A DNA stretch of 50,799 bases from Rhodocyclaceae bacterium (lineage in GTDB: Bacteria; Pseudomonadota; Gammaproteobacteria; Burkholderiales; Rhodocyclaceae), in assembly GCA_030652245.1 (NCBI GenBank), contig JAUSBB010000138.1, positions 1 to 50,799 of the forward strand. The letters run 5' to 3'. Of this stretch, positions 45,301 to 50,799 are shown one piece after another. The notes below the pieces were generated by a model. It was not told where the DNA came from, searched no databases, and was given only the letters and a program-made list of their open reading frames with translations. Numbering within the stretch: the stretch's first letter is position 1; every line of letters starts with the position of its first letter. The position numbers were made by a program, and so were the translations under genes.

Positions 45301-45665
45301 TGAAGCAAAGCGTGCTGCTGGCCAACAATGGCGTGACGGTGCTCAGTCCCGTCGGTGCAGCGTCCGTGCGCTTGGGGGAGCTTGTTGCGCTGTATCGACA
45401 GGGCCAGCACGCACCGCTGCCGTTCTATCCAAAAACCGCCTGGGCCTGGCTGGAAGGAAAATCGGGCTGGCGCGGCGTCTGGAGCGGCCTTAAACACCCG
45501 CCCCGCCCCGGCGAGCGCGATGATGCCTATCTGCGCTTAGTGTTGCGCGATCGGGCGGACGATCCGCTGGATGGTGGCGGCCCGCTGGGCCAGGAGTTCC
45601 AGCAACTGGCGCGGCAAATTTTCGGGCCGCTGCGGCAGGCCATGGGGAAAGCCGGCGATGCTTGA
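42399..45665 (+). CDS. recC: Exodeoxyribonuclease V gamma subunit
   Basis: SNR...L, PCREYWGD, HPLLASLG, HACHGPLREAEVLHD, PDIETYAP, HPLQPF. Confidence 0.93.
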   Translation: MLHLHLSNRPDTLALAQAALLRAAPLPLLETEQVVVPATAVARWLGLRLADELGIATRIAFPFPAAYAWHLFGRVLAEVAAVNPFDRAALQWRLLRLLGESTAPEVRRYLADDDGVKRYELASRLAAQFDRYLVERPDWIECWGAGKLLGLGPDEAWQAGVWRTLMSELKDVVAEHPRTRFMAQLRRDATARARLPRRISLFAVEAMPALYWEVFLGLAEWVDLHVFVLTPCREYWGDIDRERVRLRMTIENPAAAALLEAGHPLLASLGRARQHVVARLAEAGERLPTREHQYFIGPKKYAGPPQVFLGPLGGESRAAAFSGGDLFTLLGRLQEDILDLTTSVDVPLDASLQIHACHGPLREAEVLHDALLALFEAMPDLSPADLLILTPDIETYAPAIEAVLLHAPAKRRIPCVVADRPRVAAPLWRALRRLCAVAESPLDAESVMGLLEEPAVRRAFDLAESELPLLRDWVAVAGIRWGLDGRARARRGLPAEDAHTWRAGLQRLLLGVAMPDVPERLYDEVLPVAGIEGGRAELLGRFSDYLEALFTLVQKVGAGETALKWVDTLSEAQERFLAPTEAEEDEAQRIRDGIKALATHARAARCETRLPLAVMLRELDAALTERASARAFASGAATIAALQPGRPLPARVLCLVGMNDGAWPRPDAPTSFDLIQRHPRPGDRNRRGEERYAFLEALQCAGDALVITYTGRDSRSNVEFPPAAPLAELLDTLVKMTGREAAALVVQHPLQPFSAAYFDRSAPTLFSFDAEQCNAIRAERAASPFLVETPVHGPATAAPPELELPRLQRFFDHPVRFYLREQLGIHLEESEELLEIHEPFITDNLDNYRLREAHFAGIKGGATADETRRLVRAKGWLPHGVAGEIASAAAQEEARALWQSAQAFVMAEALPPLEARFDDGQTVLSGRLDQITANGLWRLRFGSARPQDLLRLWIDHLLLQLAAPPGVVKQSVLLANNGVTVLSPVGAASVRLGELVALYRQGQHAPLPFYPKTAWAWLEGKSGWRGVWSGLKHPPRPGERDDAYLRLVLRDRADDPLDGGGPLGQEFQQLARQIFGPLRQAMGKAGDA
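43293..43371 (+). repeat. Structured repeat, copy 2, in-frame in recC
   Basis: AAGAAATA-CGCCGGGCCGCCCCAAG-TATTTCTT, then CCCCC..GGGGG and GAAAGCCGC-GCA-GCGGCTTTT hairpins and a G-run. Confidence 0.88.
44060..44083 (+). repeat. 24-bp intragenic motif, copy 8 (recC)
   Basis: GAAAGTCGGCGCTGGCGAAACGGC; reads KVGAGETA. Confidence 0.9.
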
Positions 45666-48600
45666 ACGGCCTCCCTTTGATGTGACGCTCGCCGGCGTCG
45701 GCCTGGTCGAGGCGGGCGCCGGCACGGGCAAGACCTGGACGATCACCGCGCTGGTGTTGCGCCTGTTGCTCGAACAGAATCTGGAAATCGGCCAGATTCT
45801 CGTCGTCACCTACACGCGCGCCGCCACCGGCGAGTTGCGCGGCCGCATCCGTAAGCGGCTGATTCAGGCGCTGGCGGCGTTTGAGGCGGGGACGACCGAG
45901 GATGAATACCTGCAAGCGCTGCTGCTTCGGCATGATCCCGAACAGGCCGCTGCCCGGCTGCGGCTCGCCATCGAAAGCTTCGACGAAGCTGCCATCTTCA
46001 CCATTCACGGCTTTTGCCAGCGGGCGCTGACGGAAACGGCCTTCGCCGCCGGACAGCCATTCGAGCGCGAACTGCTCGCCGATCAGCAGGACATGCTGGC
46101 TGACGTGGCCCGCGACGCCTGGCGCAAGTTGCTGGCAACGGCATCGGCATCCTGGGCGCGCTGGCTGATCGAGGCATTGGGCGGACCGGACGGGCTGGTT
46201 CGCCGGGTGCGCTCCCATGTGGGTCGTATCGACGCAGAGATCCTGGCGCCGGACGCCGATGATCCGCAAGAGGCAGAACAGGCCTTTGCCGCCGCCTTTG
46301 CCACGGCGCGCCTGCTCTGGCAGGCCGATGCGGCGAAGATTTGCGCCTGGCTGGACGGCGCCAGGCTCCACCAGGCCAGCTATGCGCCGGAAAAAATGCA
46401 GCCCCGGATTGATTGGCTGGGGCAACTGTTCGCCGGCGAAACCCCGCTGTTTCCCTTGCCCGCTGCAGTGGAATTTTTCGGACTGGCAAAGATCACGGCA
46501 AAGCGCACCAAAACCAGCCCGCAACCCGAGCATGAATTCTTTGGCGCGGTCGACGCGCTGTTGCAAACGGCCGGGCGTCTCGAAACCGCGTATGACAATG
46601 CCGTGCGCCGGCTGCTGCATGACTTTTTGCGCACGGCCCGGCTTGAGCTGGCCGCCAGAAAACGCCGCAGCGGACAGATGGCCTACGACGACCTGCTCGC
46701 CGATCTGGCCCATGCGCTGCAAGAGCCGGCCGGCGCCGCGCTCGCCGGCAGTCTGCGCGAGCGTTACCGGGCGGCGCTGGTCGATGAGTTCCAGGACACC
46801 GACCCGCTGCAACTCGATATATTTTTTGGCATATTTGGGCAGAAATTCGGTCAGGAAGATCACCCGCTGATTTTTGTCGGCGACCCCAAGCAGGCGATCT
46901 ACGGTTTTCGCGGCGCGGACGTGTTTGCCTATCTGACGGCGCGGCGGCAGGCCGACGCACGCTACGTCCTGCTGGAAAATCGGCGCTCCGCTCCGCCCTT
47001 GTTGACGGCCGTGAATGCCCTGTTCGCGCGCCCCAATCCCTTCCTGCTCGACGACTTGCCATTCGAGCCGGCCAGGGCGGCGACCATGGAGCGCCAGCTT
47101 TGCCGCATCGACGATGGCCTGTCCCCGCTCACGCTCTGGTCGATGTCGAAACCAGGCGACGAGAAAAGCTTTACGAAGGAGGCGGCGCTGGGGATGGCCG
47201 CCACGGCAGTTGCAACTGACATAGCACGCCTGCTGGCGTTGGCGGCGACGGGGCGCGCCACGCTGGGCGCAGGGAAGGGAGGCGCGCGGGACGACGCGCG
47301 CAGGCTCGGCGGCGGCGACATTGCCGTGCTGGTGCGCAAGCATCATCAGGGCGAGGCGGTGAAGCAGGCCCTGGCGCGGCGCGGCATTGCCAGCGTCAGC
47401 ATGGGCGGCGGCAGCGTTTGGCACAGCATCGAGGCCGAGGAAATCGAGCGCTGGCTGCTCGCGGTGGCCGCCCCGTCGCGGGCCGGCCTGGTGCGGGCGG
47501 CGCTGGCGACGGTGCTGCTCGGCGCGGATGCCGGAGAACTCGCGGCCTGGGCTGACTCTGATCCGGCCTGGAGCGCGCGCCAGGGATCGTTCCACGACGA
47601 CTTGCTGCTTTATCGCGAGCGCGGCTTCATGGCGATGTGGCGTCGGCTGTTGCGGCGCGAGGGGGTGGTTGCCCGTGTGCTGGCGCGTCCCGACGGCGAA
47701 CGGCGTCTGACGAATTACCGCCATCTGGCCGAATTGTTGCAAGCGGCCGAACACGCCGGCACGCTCGACGTCGAAGGGCTGGCGCGGCATGTGGCGCGTG
47801 AGCGGGCAGGCAGCGAAGCCGAGGAGGCGCAACTGCGGCTGGAAAGTGATGCACAACTGGTGCGCATCGTCACCATCCATGCCGCCAAGGGTCTGCAATA
47901 TCCCATCGTCTACTGCCCCTTCCTGTGGGACGGGCCGGGCGCCGACGACAAGCATTGGCCGGTGTTTGCCCACAATATTGGCCCACCCCGCAAACCTTCG
48001 CTACGCTCGGTTCTCCCCTCAAGGGGCGAGAAACTCTTGGGGCGGCCCGGCGAGTTTCTAAACCGTGCCTGTCTCGATTTCGGTTCCGCGCAAATCGATG
48101 CGCTGAGGCAGCAGGCCGATCTAGAGGACGCCGCCGAAGAACTGCGCCTGGCCTATGTTGCGCTGACCCGCGCCGAGCATCGCTGCGTCATCATTTGGGG
48201 CAAGGTGAATCAATGCGCGCGCTCGCCGCTCGCCTGGCTCTTGTTCGCGCCGCGCACGGCGGATGACGGCGACGCCGGCAACCCACGCGCACAACTGGCC
48301 GACAGGCTGGACAATCTGGACGAGGCCGCTTTGCAGGCCGAGATTGCCGAACTGGCTGACAGGTTGAAGGGGGCGATGTCGATTGCGCCCTGGCCGGTGG
48401 ATGGCGCACCTGTCGTGGCGGCACCCGTGGCTGCGCAAGAACTGATGGCGCGGCCCTTCCTGGGAACGATTCCCGCGCCCTGGCGCATCAGCAGCTTTTC
48501 CAGCCTGGCGGCGCGGCTGGGCAACGAGGAGACGCCGGATCGCGATGCGGTGACGGTCATTGACGCCGTCTCGCCAGCGCCGACTTTTACAAACATTCAT

Positions 48601-49215
48601 GCTTTCCCACGCGGCACGCGGGCGGGCAGTTGCCTGCACGCCCTGTTTGAGCGGGTGGACTTTCAATCGTCCTCCGCAACCGGGCCGATTGCCGCCGCCG
48701 TGCTGGAAGAATTCGCTTACACACCCGAATGGCGCCCGGTGCTCGAACGCCTGGTGGCCGATGTCGTGGCGACGCCGCTCAATGCCGAAGGCCTGTGTCT
48801 GGCGCAAGTCGCGCGCGGGGAACGGCTGATCGAGCTGGAATTCACCTTTCCGCTGGGATCGGTAGCGGCGCGCGCCGGCTATATGAAGGGTTTCATCGAT
48901 CTGGTATTTCGTCACGACGGGCGCTGGTACATCGTCGATTACAAGTCGAACTGGCTGGGCGAACAGGCCGCCGACTACGCGTCGCCGTTTCTCGCGGAAG
49001 TGATGCGCGCGCATCGCTATGACCTGCAATTGCGCATCTATGCGGCGGCCCTGAAGCGCGCGCTGCATCTGCGCGAACCCGCTCTCGATTGGGCGGAAAG
49101 TTTTGGTGGCGTGTTTTACCTGTTCCTGCGCGGCATGGGTTCCGCCACGCATGCTGGGGTGTTTTTCACGCGGCCGGATGACGCGGAAATCGAAACATTC
49201 TGGAGCGCTGCCTAA
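45658..49215 (+). CDS. recB: Exodeoxyribonuclease V beta subunit
   Basis: EAGAGTGKT, DEFQDTD, GDPKQAIY.FRGAD, TIH.AKGL, YVALTRA, nuclease motif GFIDL...DYKSN. Confidence 0.95.
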   Translation: MLERPPFDVTLAGVGLVEAGAGTGKTWTITALVLRLLLEQNLEIGQILVVTYTRAATGELRGRIRKRLIQALAAFEAGTTEDEYLQALLLRHDPEQAAARLRLAIESFDEAAIFTIHGFCQRALTETAFAAGQPFERELLADQQDMLADVARDAWRKLLATASASWARWLIEALGGPDGLVRRVRSHVGRIDAEILAPDADDPQEAEQAFAAAFATARLLWQADAAKICAWLDGARLHQASYAPEKMQPRIDWLGQLFAGETPLFPLPAAVEFFGLAKITAKRTKTSPQPEHEFFGAVDALLQTAGRLETAYDNAVRRLLHDFLRTARLELAARKRRSGQMAYDDLLADLAHALQEPAGAALAGSLRERYRAALVDEFQDTDPLQLDIFFGIFGQKFGQEDHPLIFVGDPKQAIYGFRGADVFAYLTARRQADARYVLLENRRSAPPLLTAVNALFARPNPFLLDDLPFEPARAATMERQLCRIDDGLSPLTLWSMSKPGDEKSFTKEAALGMAATAVATDIARLLALAATGRATLGAGKGGARDDARRLGGGDIAVLVRKHHQGEAVKQALARRGIASVSMGGGSVWHSIEAEEIERWLLAVAAPSRAGLVRAALATVLLGADAGELAAWADSDPAWSARQGSFHDDLLLYRERGFMAMWRRLLRREGVVARVLARPDGERRLTNYRHLAELLQAAEHAGTLDVEGLARHVARERAGSEAEEAQLRLESDAQLVRIVTIHAAKGLQYPIVYCPFLWDGPGADDKHWPVFAHNIGPPRKPSLRSVLPSRGEKLLGRPGEFLNRACLDFGSAQIDALRQQADLEDAAEELRLAYVALTRAEHRCVIIWGKVNQCARSPLAWLLFAPRTADDGDAGNPRAQLADRLDNLDEAALQAEIAELADRLKGAMSIAPWPVDGAPVVAAPVAAQELMARPFLGTIPAPWRISSFSSLAARLGNEETPDRDAVTVIDAVSPAPTFTNIHAFPRGTRAGSCLHALFERVDFQSSSATGPIAAAVLEEFAYTPEWRPVLERLVADVVATPLNAEGLCLAQVARGERLIELEFTFPLGSVAARAGYMKGFIDLVFRHDGRWYIVDYKSNWLGEQAADYASPFLAEVMRAHRYDLQLRIYAAALKRALHLREPALDWAESFGGVFYLFLRGMGSATHAGVFFTRPDDAEIETFWSAA
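47981..48059 (-). repeat. Structured repeat, copy 3, in-frame (antisense) in recB
   Basis: Reverse complement AGAAACT-CGCCGGGCCGCCCCAAG-AGTTTCT-CGCCCCTTGAGGGG-AGAACCGAGCGTAGCGAAGGTTTGCGGGGTGGGC. Confidence 0.88.
48565..48588 (-). repeat. 24-bp intragenic motif, copy 9 (recB linker)
   Basis: + strand GCCGTCTCGCCAGCGCCGACTTTT; reads AVSPAPTF. Confidence 0.92.
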
Positions 49216-49252
49216 CTTTCATGGCGACAGTCACCACCCCTGATCATGAAAC

Positions 49253-49321
49253 CCGTCATTCCGGGCTTGACCCGGAATCCAGTGGTTTTCTTCTGGATAC
49301 CGGCCTACGCCGGTATGACGG
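49253..49321. repeat. REP/dRS3-like double-hairpin palindromic element
   Basis: CCGTCATTCCGGGCTTGACCCGGAATCCAG-N10-CTGGATACCGGCCTACGCCGGTATGACGG. Confidence 0.8.
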
Positions 49322-49446
49322 TACTGAGTGTCATGGCACTACGATAAGCCCGCGAGCGGCATGTTGATTGAAGATTTTCTGTCTGGCGATCTGCCTTGGC
49401 ACTTCAACCTATTTTTTAAGTTACTGGTTCAAGAAAATGCAACCAA

Positions 49447-49463
49447 TGTCGAGATTTTTTACA
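49447..49463 (+). promoter_or_regulatory. Putative enhancer (PrsR-type PEP-CTERM box)
   Basis: TGT-CGAGATTTTTT-ACA (TGT-N11-ACA), about 70 bp upstream of the sigma54 site. Confidence 0.6.
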
Positions 49464-49533
49464 GTTTCATTTTCTGCCAAATGTTCTGCCAAATGCCAAT
49501 ATATTTAACATATTGTATTATATAAACAAAATA

Positions 49534-49550
49534 CTGGCATGATTATTGCT
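49534..49550 (+). promoter_or_regulatory. Sigma54 (-24/-12) promoter
   Basis: CTGGCATGATTATTGCT: GG-N10-GC matching TGGCAC-N5-TTGC. Confidence 0.8.
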
Positions 49551-49662
49551 TGTAATGAGCTGATGACACAAGCGAGTTGGAAAAAACCCAAACATCAATC
49601 AACTTGTTCTTTCTGCTGCCATCCTTTATATGTTGTTTTGTAGACCTGAAAGGAGAATCCTT

Positions 49663-50256
49663 ATGAAAAAGGTTATGTATGCAATCGCGTTTTCATCGGC
49701 TCTTGCGACCGGTGCGGTTGAAGCCAGTTCCATCGCATCGGTTTCGCTTGATGGAGGGGATTACCTGCAGAGTATTTCGGTGTTGAACAATTCCTCAAGC
49801 ACGGCCAACATTTCTTCGGTGATATATAGCCTTGGGACGGCAGCAAATGGCATTGCGACATGGGACACACGTACCGGCGGTGGCGTAGCCAGCAACTTCC
49901 TGTCCGATCCTCAGTGGTTCCAGACTTTGACTTTCGGCAGCCTGTCGGTGGCGCCAGATGGTATTTTCAGTATTGCACCGTTCTCGCTGGACATTGACTT
50001 AATCCTCACGCTTTCCCCGCTTGATGTTACCGGTGGAACCATTGACTACGACGGCACCAGCCTTGCAAATGCCTTCGTCACTATTAACTGGAGCGATGGA
50101 TCAACCGGTACGCAAGCGCTTGCTCAAACCGGTTGGACAACCAATCAGAACTTCCGTATTTCTTCAGAGGGGGTAGTTCCCGAACCGGCATCGATGGCTC
50201 TCTTGGGTATCGGTTTGGCAGGTCTGAGCTTCATGCGCCGCAAGCAGCGCACCTGA
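49663..50256 (+). CDS. PEP-CTERM sorting-domain protein (197 aa)
   Basis: RBS AGGAG, signal peptide MKKVMYAIAF..VEA, Ser/Thr-rich body, VPEPASMALLGIGLAGLSFMRRKQR. Confidence 0.93.
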   Translation: MKKVMYAIAFSSALATGAVEASSIASVSLDGGDYLQSISVLNNSSSTANISSVIYSLGTAANGIATWDTRTGGGVASNFLSDPQWFQTLTFGSLSVAPDGIFSIAPFSLDIDLILTLSPLDVTGGTIDYDGTSLANAFVTINWSDGSTGTQALAQTGWTTNQNFRISSEGVVPEPASMALLGIGLAGLSFMRRKQRT

Positions 50257-50296
50257 TCGAGCTTGCTCAGGCAATAAAAATGGCGGCTTGAAGCCG

Positions 50297-50341
50297 TAAT
50301 GCCGTTCAGTTAAGGTTTTTTTTGAGGTAACGAACGGCATA
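50297..50341. mobile_element. IS4-type terminal repeat remnant
   Basis: TAATGCCGTTCAGTTAAG followed after about 12 bp by a decayed inverted partner TAACGAACGGCATA. Confidence 0.55.
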
Positions 50342-50364
50342 GCGTTTTGGCAGGGCTTTAACCA

Positions 50365-50394
50365 GACGGGGGCATTGACGCCCCCGTCGTTTTT
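50365..50394 (+). terminator. Intrinsic terminator downstream of the PEP-CTERM gene
   Basis: GACGGGGGC-ATTGAC-GCCCCCGTC-GTTTTT. Confidence 0.75.
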
Positions 50395-50717
50395 CCACGA
50401 TGGCGAATTGAAGCTGAGTGCGTAAGCGCACCAGATGGGCGGGCAACCTGCCCGGAGCCACCCCCCACCCGATTTACAGCAGATTAGGGACTCAATCCAT
50501 CCGAGAACGCGCCGTTTCCGCCTCGGGCAAACTGGTGACGTAATGCGATGACATCACGACGCATCCGTTCCTGCCGTTTGATAGTATCCATGTGGGCTGA
50601 CCTCCCGCGTTGCCGTGCCGTTGTCGATCAACTTCAGCAAAGCAACTCCCGGGCCGGTCAGCCCGTATGTCTTTCACCTATCGTAGTGCCATGGGGTACT
50701 GAGTGTGTTTCACGTTA

Positions 50718-50799
50718 ATGGCTAACGCAATCGTTGCCCATCTGTCGCACTATCTGGGCGGAGACGATCCCGCTGCCCGGCTGGCCGTGGCGCTGGCCT
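50718..50799 (+). CDS. Start of a gene running off the window, probably the exodeoxyribonuclease V alpha subunit (RecD)
   Basis: MANAIVAHLSHYLGGDDPAARLAVALA...; GC-rich composition resumes; expected recC-recB-recD order. Only 27 codons are visible. Confidence 0.45.
   Translation, partial: MANAIVAHLSHYLGGDDPAARLAVALA

Larger units (their letters stand above)
49332..50693. mobile_element. Non-autonomous IS4-like insertion cassette carrying a PEP-CTERM gene
   Basis: Perfect 15-bp terminal IRs CATGGCACTACGATA (49332-49346) and TATCGTAGTGCCATG (50679-50693); flanking direct repeat GGTACTGAGTG(T) at 49320-49331 and 50695-50706; interior is AT-richer; no transposase ORF. Confidence 0.85.

Noticed and set aside
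49221-49331. ATGs at 49221 and 49246 as the original recD start, split by the cassette
   Set aside because: With the cassette removed by hand, both frames end at TAA codons near 50716-50725 and neither joins the frame starting at 50718.
50492-50677. 61-aa minus-strand ORF inside the cassette as a transposase remnant
   Set aside because: No DDE or YREK-like motif and no recognisable domain; it may be a gene fragment but no call is supported.

Overview
GC-rich betaproteobacterial core-genome window; gene content and order suggest Rhodocyclales/Sterolibacteriaceae (inference). It holds about 50 mostly housekeeping genes: a partial sensor plus solute-binding protein, mltD, dctPQM, ndk-rlmN-pilW-rodZ-ispG-hisS-yfgM-bamB-der-fdx-aroC, an MFS transporter, entericidin, leuB-asd-fimV-truA-trpFBA-accD-folC-dedD-cvpA-purF-metZ, recR, petABC-sspAB, tRNA-Arg(CCT), an HDOD protein, rpsF-priB-rpsR-rplI, recC-recB and a probable recD start. 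Three layers are not explained by the gene list. (1) A non-palindromic ~24-bp motif, AAAAGTCGGCGCTGGCGRRACGGC, occurs 9 times (8 with an exact 20-bp core). All copies lie inside core genes, on both strands and in four reading frames, which resembles a DNA-uptake sequence or a genome-wide binding site. (2) A ~1.36-kb cassette without a transposase, bounded by IS4-like inverted repeats and an 11-12-bp target duplication, carries a PEP-CTERM gene with its own sigma54 promoter and enhancer, and separates recB from the probable recD. (3) A structured repeat with an invariant 17-nt core and a co-varying stem is inserted in-frame in both recC and recB and is also present in an intergenic region. All product calls come from motif recognition by eye; no database search was run.
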